DNA of 64,000 bases from Octopus sinensis (GCF_006345805.1 NC_043007.1:5270001-5334000), one strand, 5' to 3'; positions 50,418 to 63,011 are shown, counted from the first letter of the stretch. Numbers and translations are program-made. The notes: generated from the letters alone by a model not told the origin.

Positions 50418-52255
50418 TATAAGAATATATATATATATGTGAGAGTGTTTGTGCCTCTGGATGTCATGTGATGTTGTGATGTCATGTAATGGTTGAAAAT
50501 AAATGTTATTGTCAGACAAGTAATTTCTTTCATTTCCCCCAAAAAAAAAAAAAAAAAACTGTGATGTAGTTATCCAACAACACCTTCAGGACACGATTAG
50601 TATAAATGTGGACGTTTGGTACTCAGAAGGCAAAACAGCGAAACAAATGCCACAAGCGATTTTATTCTTCGCTGTAACCATTTCTTTACCAATTCTTTCT
50701 TCATAGAAACCAAAACCAAAATATTTTCTGTTTCAGAAGAGAGTTGTATGAAGGGAGGTAACTTAAGTCAGACTAAAATATTCTAGGGTCAAATACTAAA
50801 TTCAAAGATAACTAATTGTGTACCAAAAGTCAATAAGATTTGTAAAATTTAATAGAGTTACTCAAATTTGGTGCAATTTGTCAAAAGCACTGTTCAGAGC
50901 CGTCTGCATTCGTCTTTCACAAGACATTTTCTGATTTTATTTTTACGCATCTTACAGACGAAGGGAGACAACTACGTCATCCTTTATCAGCCCTCGTTCA
51001 GTGACCACGTTTTGCTAATTAATGTCTCTGATGGTAACAATGATTATAATTGTAAATCTAGTCCGCGATCTCTCACTGTAATGTGGGCTGATAATAAAGC
51101 GATGAAGAGAGGGGTGGGTAGCATCAGGGTCGGAAGAGCGCCGAACTAGATGATTCACCGAATATTTTCTAACATAACCTTTTACGTTCTGAGTTAAAAT
51201 CTCCGAAAATCAGATTTGCTCTTCGCCCTTCCAACGATAGAAGAAAATTACACCTCAATAGACGTCATTGATTGGTTGAAATTGCCGAAATGCAAGAAAT
51301 TAAAGAACAAATAGCTTACAAACTACAGAATTTTCTCAATAAAGCCAAGAGAAAAAGATGTTTTATGTAACACATTCTACCAGTATACGAAGTTTAAAAG
51401 TGTTTAGTTACAAAGAAATTATTTTAAAAATCTGTCGGCCAAAGCGAAAAGATCCGAAAATTAACTTCCAGAATTACCTATAAGCAGGCGCTTTTCTCGT
51501 ACTTCACATAATCTTGTTCTTATGTGAGCCAAACGGAAAGGATCGTTTCTGAGTTCAAAACCCACTAAGTTCAACTCGACCTTTCATTCTTTCGGTGTCA
51601 ATAATATAAAGTAGCAGTCAATACCAACCAGCTTAATTTCGCTCAAAATTGCAGGTCTTGTGTCTAATTTAGAAAATAAAAGTACTCGAGTTTGATGATG
51701 GTGAATAGTGGTATGACTTTGTGTTCTAATTTTAAATCCCGGTAGGGTTAGCTTTGTTTTCTAATCTTCCGATGTTGATAAAATAAAGCGCTAGTGAAAT
51801 AATGGCAAACTTTCAGACCCTAGTCTAGATTGCGAATCCTCTGTACCCCAGGGTGGTTCAGCTCTCCACCCGTTAAAAGCCACCGTTTACGGGATGAGGA
51901 TAACAACGTAGCTTTCGCGCCCGTGCAACCACCAGTCTATCGCGTGTGGTGGGTGGATCTTCAAGTTGGGGAATTAGAGATTATTCTTCGTGGCTAATGG
52001 CGTGAGTCCTGATTGGAAGAAGAAGAAGACAACAATAACAACAACAACAACAATAACAACAAAATAACAAATCAAAGAATATATCCCCAATCAGATATAT
52101 AAATTAGCGAGTGACTTGGCCTGGCGTTCTTTATCAGTTGGAGATATTTTCTTTGTATTTTGTAAAGCAACCGGTTTCTTTCTCAAGCTGAACAACATTC
52201 TCTCATCCGCTGTCTTTCTCACACATAATCTATGCCTGCTGTATCTATGCTTGGC

Positions 52256-53341
52256 ACATACATACATAATACATACATACATGCATACATACATACATAC
52301 ATACATTAATACATACATACATACATACATACATACAACATACATACATAATACATACACACAACAATACCTACATACAACATACAACATACATAACATA
52401 CCACATACATCCATAAATATATACATACATACATACATACATACATACATACATACATACATACACAACATACATACATACCACCACATACATATATACA
52501 TACATACATACATACATACATACATACATACATACTACATACAACATACATACATACATACATACACACATACATATATACATACATACATACATACATA
52601 CATACATACATACATACATACATACATACACACATACATACATACACACATACATATATACATACATACATACATACATGCATATATACAAACATACATA
52701 CATACACACATACATACATACACACATACATATATACATACATACATACATACATGCATATATACAAACATACATACATACATACACACATACATACATA
52801 CACACATACATACATACATACATACATACATACACACATACATACATACATACATACATACATACATACCACAACATACATACATGCAACATAATACATA
52901 CATACATACACACATACACACATCACATACATACATACATACATACATACATACACACATACATACATACATGCATATATACATACATACATACACACAT
53001 ACATACATACATACATACATACATACATACATACATACACACATACATACATACATACATACATACATACATACACACATACATACATACATGCATATAT
53101 ACATACATACGCACATTTATGTATATATATATATATTAGATATGTTATATCATCATCATCATCACCATCACCACCACCGCCACCGCCACCACCACCACCA
53201 CCACCACCACCACCACCACCATCACCATCATCATCATCACCGCCACCACCACCGCCACCGCCACCACACCACACCACCACCACCACCATCACCATCATCA
53301 TCATCATCATCATATCATCATCATCACTATCATCATCATTT
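52256..53341. repeat. ~870-bp degenerate (TACA)n followed by (CAY)n
   Basis: Direct reading; generates the 418-aa and 367-aa pseudo-ORFs. Confidence 0.97.
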
Positions 53342-53850
53342 GACGTCTGCTTTCCATGCTGGTTTCGGTTAGACCAGAGTTTCCCAACCAGGGGTGCTCG
53401 TACCCCCAAGGGATGCGAGCAAGGCTGGATTTATAGGGAGCCAAAAAGGGCAGTTGCTTATATAACTTATGACTTTAATGAGTGCGAAAATATATATATA
53501 TAAGTCTTTAAGGGTGCGGGGCATAACAAAAGTTGGGAACCCTGGGTTATACGGTAGAACTGGATCCGGCGAACCGCAAGGCTGCTTCGAGCACCATCGA
53601 TGGCTTTGTCATGGTTTCTGCGGCTGGATGCCTCTCCTAATGCCAACCACTTTATCGAGTGCCCTGCGTGTTTATTTTCGTGTCGCCGGCACCAGTGAGG
53701 TTGCCGTGTAACTGGCAAGACAAGAAAAGAACAGAGAAAAAGGAAAAAGAAAAGCTCCCACTAATACGAGGGGAGTATTTGAGAGGGGAAGATGAGGTGG
53801 GTAGCTTTATGTCAGATGCTGGAAGACTAAAGTATGAGAGATGTAAGCCG
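53330..53850 (-). mobile_element. Diverged RTE-tail variant interrupted by a hAT MITE
   Basis: (CAT)n TTTGACGTCTGCTTTCCATGCT, then MITE, then GGATGCCTCTCCTAATGCCAACCAC. Relatives at 37800-38030 and 46230-46620. Confidence 0.65.
53375..53544. mobile_element. hAT (Charlie-like) MITE
   Basis: TIR CAGAGTTTCCCAAC / GTTGGGAACCCTG; TSD GGTTAGAC / GGTTATAC (7 of 8 match). Confidence 0.85.
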
Positions 53851-54486
53851 AAACGGTCGTCGTGCTAAATAAAGGCTTCCGGTACACTCTGTCTCCGCTA
53901 CCAATCATTCAAAATATACTAAACGTACACCGAGGAATTCCTTACGTAGATCGGCAACTGAAGTGCCGTATCGTGGATGACGCCTGATAACCGTAAGTGG
54001 TAAACGTGCTCTCAAGGCACACTACTAGGGACACACTCAAGACTGGGCTTGGATACGACATTTCAAAGTCTACTATCTAAACTTGAATCTCGAAAATAAC
54101 CTCGATATACATACATACATACATACATACATACATACATACATACATACATACATACATACATACATACATACATACATTCATACATACATACATACAC
54201 ACACACACATACATACATACATGCATACACACATACATACATACATGCATACATGCATACATACATACATACATACATACAATACATGCTTATCTCCCCT
54301 GTTTGAAAACTTAAGGACACAGAATGTCGCGTAGCCAACTAGAAACAGTGTTTCTTGGGCTAAATAACGGTAACATTCTTCCCTTTCCTGTGGCTGCCAC
54401 ATTAAGTTGGCAACAAGCAATCACTTTATCGTGCTGTTACGGCATAACTCCCTCTGAGAGATTTAGAAAAGCAATATATATATATA

Positions 54487-55403
54487 TCTATATATATAAA
54501 ACTGTAGTTGTGTGAGTGTCTGTCTCCTACGATTTAGATTCCTAACTACTCCCACATTTTGCGGTGCAGTTTAACCCTAACCAAATTCGGGTATCTTATA
54601 GTCGTGATTCACATCGAGCCCGTCTGGGTATTAGCGCGCGTCTACGATGAGTCTACGATTTTAAAAATAGTTTACCATATTTTTTTCCATTTTAACGCAT
54701 ATTTTTTCGCGTGTCGATGGCGGCGGAGTTGGTGTCCACGCTCAAACACCTGCACCTGTGTTTGCTTCTCCCCCTTCTTCCCTCCCTCGTGAAGCTGTGA
54801 GGAAGGGAGTTTAAGGAAATCAACGTCGTAAAGCGTTGTCAAGGAGACCAGCGTTCTTTTAGAACAACGACTTCATGGCTTGAAGTCGTCAAAACAGAAA
54901 TCGCTAAAAAAGCTGAAACAGGTCCACAAAAACGGCAAAAACTGCCACACAGGGCAGGTTTCCTGTGCAAACAATTTGCACAACCGAATGTTTTAGTTGT
55001 TGCACAAATCTTTATATATAAAAGGGAAGTTGTGTGTCTGTCTCCTACGATTTAGATTCCTAACTACTCCCACATTTTGCGGTGCAGTTTCACCAAAACC
55101 GGGTATCTTATAGTCGTGATTCATATCGAGCCCTTCTGGGTATTAGCGCGCGTCTACGATGAGTCTACGATTTAAAAAATAATTTACCATAATTTTTTTC
55201 CATTTTAATGCATTTTTTTGCTATTATATAAGGGAAGTAACTCTCTAAAAATGTCTACGATGAGTCAACGATTAAAAAAAATTTACTATAATTTTTTTTC
55301 CATTTTTAGTGCATTTTTTTGCTATTTTTTGGCTATAACTCTCTAAAAATGCTTTATAGTTATTTCCCTTACAAACCCGAGCAACGCCGGGCGATACTGC
55401 TAG
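54487..55403 (+). mobile_element. Compound non-autonomous Helitron with two 5' heads
   Basis: A|TCTATATATATAAAA start; second head TCTTTATATATAAAA at 55009; 3' hairpin CCCG-AGCAACGC-CGGG at 55376-55391, then CTAG|T at 55400-55404. Confidence 0.8.
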
Positions 55404-55895
55404 TATAATATAATATAGTATTTGACCTCATTCAAATCGTCCAACCCATGCTAGTATGGAAAGCGGACGTTAAATGATGATGATGATGATAATGTGTGTG
55501 TGAGTGTGCGCGTGTATGTATATGTTTAGATATATATGCACACACACACACAGATATATAGTATATTATGTGTGTGTGTGTGTGTGTGTGTGTGCATGAG
55601 CCTCTCTCTTCATGTGTATTTGTATGTGTATATATATGTGTATGTGTTGTTTGACAGTTTTCTTAAATTGTTTTTCTCAAGTCCAAAACACACACACCGT
55701 CTGTTTGACACCTTCTCACCCCCCCCCCGTTCACCTAACGAAGCACAAGTTCCCACCATAGGAGAAGAGGGAGGAGGGGGAACACGTGGATATGTATTTA
55801 GATTTATACACTTATATGAGAGTGGGAGGGAGAGAGAGAGATGAAAGAGGAAGAGGGTGGGTGAGAGAATGATTGCTAAAGATGGGGAGGAGTGC

Positions 55896-55919
55896 AGATA
55901 AGAGTTTACTAATATAAAA
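55896..55919 (+). promoter_or_regulatory. Candidate lipase core promoter: GATA site and TATA box
   Basis: AGATAA at 55896-55901 and TATAAAA at 55913-55919, about 50 bp upstream of the ATG. Motif match and position only. Confidence 0.45.
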
Positions 55920-55969
55920 AGATAGAAATGTCCCAATAAATCATGTAGTGCACATCACCTGTCTTGGAG

Positions 55970-56021
55970 ATGGAATGGTACACACTGGTTTCGGTCATCT
56001 GCCTGCTGGCTGTCACCAATG
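55970..56021 (+). CDS. Pancreatic lipase-related protein, coding exon 1 (signal peptide MEWYTLVSVICLLAVTN + first base of Gly)
   Basis: ATG at 55970, hydrophobic 17-residue leader, donor GTATTT at 56022. The phase-1 junction joins exon 2 in frame (G+GA=Gly). Not in the ORF track because it is short. Confidence 0.85.
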
Positions 56022-56136
56022 GTATTTGAATTTGTTTCTTTTGCAATACTTCTTATGATTTATGATTTATGTATTTAGAAAAACACGTAGGCAGACACAT
56101 AAATACCGACTATGAGTTTGAATACACACACACACA

Positions 56137-56214
<78 letters not shown>

Positions 56215-56314
56215 TTATCAATTCGTTTTGCAAGATTCCTGATGTGAACTCGTGTATTGAAACAGATATTGTTGTATTTCGGGTTGGTCATTTTATTTAC
56301 TATATAAACATACG

Positions 56315-56383
<69 letters not shown>

Positions 56384-56436
56384 CACAGCTTATATTTACA
56401 CACATAAGAGGTATCAATCATAGGATACCTGGCACG

Positions 56437-56875
56437 CTAGAAGGAATAGCCAAAGTTCAAACCACTATTAGGAATAAATTTCGAAGGGAATAAAAAAAAC
56501 AAAAAAAACATTTACCATCTATTTCTTGGACCATGGTTTCTGACTTTAAATTAGCAAATAAAGTAATTTGCTAGGCGAAGTCTTCATCAACAGGTACGCC
56601 TAGATTAAACATATAAATACGAGGCAATCCAGCATGTGCCCCGTGCTTATATATTATAATTTTTCAAATCCATCGCGCAAGTGCAGTTTTTTGTCGGCAG
56701 CAAATAAAATAATGCCGGCGTTACTTCGAAAATTTGCCAGAAAAATTATCAATAATTAATAATTTCAGGGTAAGAAAAAATTTTAGGAATTTTTTAGATG
56801 GTAAATGTTTTTATTTTTCATTCCCTTCGAAATTGCTTTTAATTGTGGTTTGGACTTTTTGACTGTTCCTTCTAG
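56437..56875. mobile_element. Element with ~80-bp imperfect terminal inverted repeats in lipase intron 1, carrying a hammerhead motif
   Basis: 56437-56521 is the reverse complement of 56795-56875 (CTAGAAGGAA...CATTTACCATCTA). Confidence 0.75.
56525..56594 (-). ncRNA. Hammerhead ribozyme candidate, C3U core variant, antisense in lipase intron 1
   Basis: Minus strand CCUG-UUGAUGA-A-GACUU..UAGCAAAU/AUUUGCUA..AAGUC-A-GAAA-C-CAUG-GUC|CAAG. Two-part stem II; palindromic stem III ACCAUGGU. Confidence 0.55.
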
Positions 56876-57286
56876 TATGTAAGGAGACCTTTTAAGGCTC
56901 ACCTCTTTGTGCTTAAATGTACACTATTTATATATATATCATCATCATCATCATCATCATCATCATTTTATGTCTGCTTTCCATGCAAGCATGGGTTGGA
57001 CGATTTGACTGAGGTCTGGCGAACCAGACTCCAATCTGATCTCATCCCTCATATCTACCTTTGTCATCCTTTACTCTTGCCAGTCCCTCCTCCCTCGACC
57101 ACACCTCAAACAACCTGGCTTCTTCTTATATCATACTTCTACACTTCCCGGCCATTCATTAGCGTAAATCTCGAGACAGTCTACTCTTGCCCACAATTCC
57201 CTCTTTCACCACCCAAACAAAGGTACTTATGCTCCTCTCGTCCATTCCCACAAATGCTACTGTCATCTATTTCTTTCTTTCTTTCT

Positions 57287-57325
<39 letters not shown>

Positions 57326-57684
57326 ACTCCCTCTTTCTCCTTAGATCACACTCATAAGATCACTGACCGTTCTATACATTCCCTCTGTACAATTCAGCTT
57401 CTCCCCTTTCCTATGATGCCCCCCCCACCGACAGAGAACTGTCCAATCGAGGGACTGATGAACAGGGCAACCTCTCTAATAATGGTGCTTCAAAAAATGT
57501 ACCTTGTACACAGTGAAAAGTGGTTGGCGGAAATCAAGTGAAATGATGCATAGGAGCACCAAAGGGGGTAGGATGGTAGGGGCCCCAAATGGGGAATGTC
57601 TCGAACTGAAAAACCTTTCTACCTCATGATAATCGAAAGCGGACATAAATTGATTCCCCCACCTCACTCCCTCTCTCTTTCTCA

Positions 57685-57720
<36 letters not shown>

Positions 57721-58172
57721 TATTTTCTCTTTGTTCTTTATTCTTTCTTCTCTTTCTCTTCCTTCTCCTCAACTCTAAGCCACCCCCACTCTTGCATATT
57801 TTGTGTTTCACGTTTTACTTTATCACTCATTGCTTCTCTTGAGTTTAGAAAAATTTTATTTTTATTTTTTACTTCTGGCTTTTCTGTTCACTTAAACTCA
57901 CCACTGGTGGAACTGACTTAGAAATTCCAAGCAACAATGTCACGTTCATTTCATTTGGGTAATCTCAGGTTGATTATTAGTGGAGCATAGCTGGTTGCGT
58001 AACTATTGCGTTAAAAGCGTCAGCTAGGTAAGAAACATATGTAGTGAGCATTTTACCTGTTCCACTCCCTCAGTTTGGATACATACATGTATGAGTATGT
58101 TTGCGCGTGCCCGTGTGTGTATGTATATATATGTGTGTGTATGTATATATATATATACATATATACACTCCT

Positions 58173-58332
58173 AGGCGTAGGAGTGGCTGTGTGGTAAGTA
58201 GCTTGCTTACGAATCACATGGTTCCGGGTTCAGTCCCCTGCGTGGCATCTTGGGCAAGTGTCTTCTATAGTTTCGGGTCGACCAAAGCCTTGTGAGTGGA
58301 TTTGGTAAACGGAAACTGAAAGCAGCTCATCG

Positions 58333-58395
<63 letters not shown>

Positions 58396-58548
58396 ATATA
58401 TATGTGTGTGTATGTGTGTGTAGAATAAGACAGATAGAATAAGTACTAGGCTTACAAAGAATAAGTCCTGGGGTCGATTTGCTCAACTAAAGGCGGTGCT
58501 CCAGCATGGCCATAGTCAAATGACTGAAGCAAGTAAAAGAGTGAAGAG
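58173..58548 (+). mobile_element. SINE family A copy in lipase intron 1
   Basis: Head, (TA)n/(TG)n middle with part of the body deleted, tail. Confidence 0.85.
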
Positions 58549-58824
58549 TATACATATTCATATATATATATTTATACATATATATACTCACACATACATA
58601 AACACTCACACAAATACGTACACAAACACACATATATATATATGCACACATATACATGCATAGATACACACATATTTATATGTATACAAGAACCACAACA
58701 ACAACAGCATGTTACTTTTTTGCTCATTGTGTTCCTGTGGTTTGTTTCACTCAATTTATTCGTAATTCATGTAAAGATGGCTTCAAACAGACTACAGCAT
58801 TGAACATTTATTTATTTCACACAG

Positions 58825-58966
58825 GATCGATATTCGATTCAGAAGTTTGTTTCGGTGAACTTGGATGCTTTTCAAACGAGGGAGAATTCGTTTCGCTCGA
58901 ACGTCCAATCAACCTCTTACCGAACAAACCAGAAGAAATCGGAACCCAGTTCTTCCTCTATACAAG
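58825..58966 (+). CDS. Pancreatic lipase-related protein, coding exon 2 (SIFDSEVCFGELGCFSNEGEFVSLERPINLLPNKPEEIGTQFFLYTR)
   Basis: Acceptor TTTCACACAG ends 58824; donor GTTAAC at 58967. VCxxxLGCFS and FxLYTR are N-terminal signatures of the pancreatic lipase family. Confidence 0.95.
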
Positions 58967-59329
58967 GTTAACCATTATCATTTTGCTTTTTAATAAATCA
59001 TTTTTACTTGTTTTAAAATTAAAATCTCCAAATCGATTCTTTACTTTGGTCGTTGCACTATTTCCGATTTACTTGAATTGTGTTCCGATGGTCCGTAGAA
59101 TGTCTGATGATTTCATTCATTTAATCACTTCATGTAGTTTCTACAATGGCTTAGAAATAGAGTTTCTGAGATCGATACCAGCTCGTATTTATGGTTTTTA
59201 CCTTCAACCACCTTTAATTAGTCCAGTGTTTTATTATCTTTGCTCTCGACTACTTCGATTTGAACCACTTATAAAATCATTCAATCATTGTTTTCACATT
59301 AACTTTAATAATATATTATGTTTTTGCAG

Positions 59330-59495
59330 ATCGAATCCATTAACTGGTGATGAATTGGAGACTCACAATGACAGCCTCTTACACCTCAGTAACTTTACGG
59401 CAACGAATCCGACCAAATTTATTATTCACGGTTATAAAAGCTTTGGCAAAGACAAACCATGGGTTCTGAACATGACTCGTGAGCTGTTGAAACAC
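59330..59495 (+). CDS. Pancreatic lipase-related protein, coding exon 3 (SNPLTGDE...TKFIIHGYKSFGKDKPWVLNMTRELLKH)
   Basis: Acceptor TTTTTGCAG ends 59329; donor GTGAGA at 59496. FIIHG(Y/F) oxyanion-hole motif. Phase 2 in and phase 0 out match the neighbouring exons. Confidence 0.95.
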
Positions 59496-61511
59496 GTGAG
59501 AAAATCTTTCTGACTTCTCTCTCTCTCTCTCTGTCTCTTTGTCTCTCTCTCCTCTCTCTCTCTCTCTCTTGATATCGTTTTTCACAGCTAATAACTCAGT
59601 CTCATTTCCTCTTAAGTTGTAACTCCACCAAAACCCATTAGTCTAACCAGTATGGTATATCTACTTTCTTTTCAAACCCCTTAAATCATCAGTGTTGGTA
59701 AGATAATGTACTCTAGTGATTTGAGGAGAGCTTTAACAATTTATGTAATTATGAATTATAAAGGGATGCAATTGTGAGAAAAACGTATTTAGAAAGGGAT
59801 TATGTAAACTGAATCAAAAGAAGGAGTTTCAGGAGTATAAAGCAGCGCAGACCAAAGAATAGATACAGTTGAAATAGATCAAAATAATTGTATTAACCCT
59901 TTCATTACTATATTTCTAACCAAAATACAGCCCTTATATATTTCAATTAAATTCTAAACTAATCATGAATTTAGAATGGTTTCATAAAACATTTTTATTT
60001 ATCAACAAATAAATGTAATTTTTTGGAACACAGTCTAACAAAAGGCTCTTGAGTAAATCTATTGCATAAACTTTGTCTCTAAGTAAATCTAGTTACAGGC
60101 AAATACAAGTAAATTCAACAAAATATGAAATTATATACATTTTGCTTAATTATCAGAATAGAAAAAATGAGTTATTAGCTTATATTCAATGAGTATACAA
60201 CACTATCTTAATAGAGAAGATTTGTGCAAATTACTGGATTATCTATCAGTTGAACTTAAGTAACCTATAAAGCGACAGTGTCGCACGAGAAGAAGAAAAA
60301 CCAACAAAATCTACATTGAAACCACAAACAGGACGTTTAAAGTTAGATACACACAACCCATTCACTCACTCCATAGAATTGATGAAACGATCGCAGTGTG
60401 TTACACGAAACACATTTTGGACTTAGAGGAGAAAATATAAATATAATCGGAGCAATAATAGACAATATTATTGTTCTGTAACAAATAAATTGTTCTGTAA
60501 CACACCCATGTGTACACAGAAAAATGCAACATAATTATGTGGTAATTATTCTTGCTGAATAGAACAAATGAGCCAATAAAAACGTTGCAGACACCAGAAT
60601 AGATTTATTTTCAAAAACTGGGTAGATTTGAAAACGCGATAAATAATCGAAGGTAAAAATCAACAGAAAAACTTGTGGATTCCCGGTAATATCACCAAAT
60701 GAGGAGCGACAAAAGAAGGTAACTAGGTAACTAAAGTAATTAACCTGCAAAATTTCACTCAAGTGCTATTATTTACAAAATACAATACCCACCTCCTCGC
60801 ACAGTTTATGACAAATATTTTATGCCTCGATAGACTGCGGCCATGATGGGGCACCGCTTTGAACACATAGTACACATAATAGCAACTTTAGAAAAAACAG
60901 GTCATGTTAATGTAAGGGACAGTATTTTTAGTAAACAGGATATGATGATACAGTCAACAGGTATTAATAGAACAACTATTGAAATGATCAATAAAGAGTG
61001 ATAATCAAATTAAATATTTTCTAAAATAATTTATAATTACGAGATCATCAAATGGAAACGAAAGAGCCACTGAATATGCCCATGAATAGCGATGTGCAGA
61101 TAAATAATTCTAGAGGATGGGATATGATTACGAAATCAGCAAGCACAACGAAGACAACTATCAAATTTGCTTATGAAAAGCGAATTATACGACTCTGATA
61201 AAACGAGACATAGATTGAAAGCGAACGAAAACTCAGAATAGCGAAGCCAAAAAGGTTACGAAGTGGGAAAGGAAGCGACGGCAACTACAGACACTGCTTA
61301 AAAAACATAAACTTAGGTCAAAGAAAACGATACCGAAGCACAAGAGAAGAAATCCACTTCAAAGTACATAAAACCGTCTCGAAGTACTGAGGGATCTGGT
61401 TCTCCTGATGATCGCAGTGGCTTGAGACTGGAGTGTTGATAACAAGAGATCAGCTTAACTAAACAATGTGTTTTATATACGGAGTGTTCCCTGCCTCTCG
61501 TTGACAAACTG

Positions 61512-62025
61512 CATATGTATGTATATATGTATGTATGTATGTATATATGTACGTATGTATGTATGTATGTATGTATGTATGTATGTATGTATGTATGTAT
61601 GTATGTATGTATGTATGTATGTATGTATGTATGTATGTATGTGTGTGTGTGTGTATGTGTGTGTATGTATGTATGTATGTATGTATGTATGTATGTATGT
61701 ATGTGTGTGTACGTATGTATGTGTATATGTATGTATTGTATGTATGTGTGTATATATGTATGTGTGAGTCTATGTATGTGTGTATGTATGTATATATTGT
61801 ATGTCTGTCTGCCTGTCTGTATGTATGTATGTATGTATGTGTGTGTATATATGTATGTGTGGGTCAATGTATGTGTGTATGTATGTATGTATGTATGAAT
61901 GTATGTATGTATTATGTGTGTGTATATATGTATGTTTGTATGTGCGTGTCTATGTATGTGTGTATGTATGTAAGTATGTACGTATGTATGGATGAATGTA
62001 TGTATGAATGTACATATGTTTTTTA
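61512..62025. repeat. Degenerate (TATG)n in lipase intron 3
   Basis: Direct reading. Confidence 0.96.
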
Positions 62026-62398
62026 TGTATAAAACTTAGAAAGTATATATATGTTTGTGCAAGTTAGCTTTGCCGTTGAGGATGTCTTCCATTTATGTAA
62101 ACTTAAACGACTACCCCCACCCCCCGGGATCATTTCAAGGAGAATTACTTATTTTCAGACTTTATGTTGCGAATAAATCAAAGAGAAATCGGTTCTGCCC
62201 AAGAAAAACAAACAAAATCTATAAAAGTAAAGTCTTCTGCACGATATGATTGGTTCCATCAATGTCTAAACGAACCGAGGCGAATAATGGGAAACTATTT
62301 AGTGGAACTGCAATCACCATTTATGAATCGGAGGTCAAGAACCATTCCAAGTCTGCTAATTTACTTTTACTCTTCGCTCTTATTCTTTCTAATTCTAG

Positions 62399-62627
62399 GG
62401 CGATTACAATGTTATTGTGGTCGATTGGATAAATGGATCTGATGTAACATACGCCCGTGCAGCATCCAACTGCCGCGTCGTCGGAGCGCAGATTGCACTT
62501 TTAATTAACTACCTTAACAATCAAACGGCAAGCACTCCACAGACAATGCATTTGATTGGACACAGTCTTGGCGCTCAAATTGCTGGTTACGCTGGAGAAC
62601 GGCTGACTAATTTGGCAAGAATTTCTG
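62399..62627 (+). CDS. Pancreatic lipase-related protein, coding exon 4 (GDYNVIVVDW...MHLIGHSLGAQIAGYAGERLTNLARISG)
   Basis: Acceptor TTCTAG ends 62398; donor GTAAGG at 62628. NVIVVDW motif and GHSLG nucleophile elbow at 62558-62572. The next expected exon (LDPA, catalytic Asp) is not in the window. Confidence 0.97.
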
Positions 62628-62725
62628 GTAAGGACTCCTTTAGAGTGTTTTTTTTTGTATTTGTAAATCATTTGTTAAACTGGAGGTGTTTGCTGAGAAG
62701 TTTTCGTGATGATATATATATGCAT

Positions 62726-62761
<36 letters not shown>

Positions 62762-62771
62762 CATTCAAAAT

Positions 62772-62962
62772 GTGACCGCATGTGTACCATTGGCGATTTT
62801 TTTCCTCCGTCTTCCCTTCCTTGGATCTTTCCTTTTCCTATGTTTCTGACGAAGAGCTCCGCTCGAAACGTTAAATTCTTCTTTCTTTCCTTTCCTGAGC
62901 GTCCAATAACACTATATTTGTTCCACGTCCTCGCGTTGTTGTGTTTTCTCTTTGTGTTTTCA
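62772..62962 (+). mobile_element. Penelope-like terminal fragment in lipase intron 4
   Basis: CpG-retaining 190-bp block between (CA)n and (TA)n containing CTGACGAAGAGCTCCGCTCGAAACG. Confidence 0.5.
62841..62876 (+). ncRNA. Minimal hammerhead ribozyme candidate, sense in lipase intron 4
   Basis: GUUU-CUGACGA(62846-62852)-A-GAGC-UCC-GCUC-GAAA(62865-62868)-CGUU|AAAU. Stem III is the loopless palindrome AACGUU, so it would need to dimerise. Confidence 0.5.
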
Positions 62963-62970
62963 TGTTTGGA

Positions 62971-63011
<41 letters not shown>

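Noticed and set aside
52116-53409. 418-aa and 367-aa ORFs (HTYI / MYVC repeats, poly-His, poly-Gly)
   Set aside because: Translations of (TACA)n and (CAY)n, which lack stop codons in several frames. The same applies to the many YI, CV, HT, poly-I, poly-V and LS ORFs elsewhere.
53815-53868. GAAAC-GGUC-GUC
   Set aside because: No valid CUGANGA upstream; the region is homologous to the RTE-tail variant at 46490-46530.
54570-54582. TTAACCCTAACC telomere-like motif
   Set aside because: Under two units, inside a Helitron head.
58656-59513. 285-aa ORF as a single coding unit
   Set aside because: It reads through lipase intron 2 by chance; only 58825-58966 and 59330-59495 are lipase-like and have splice sites.
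60535-60762. 75-aa hydrophobic antisense ORF in lipase intron 3
   Set aside because: Composition expected from T-rich DNA; no motif and no ATG start.
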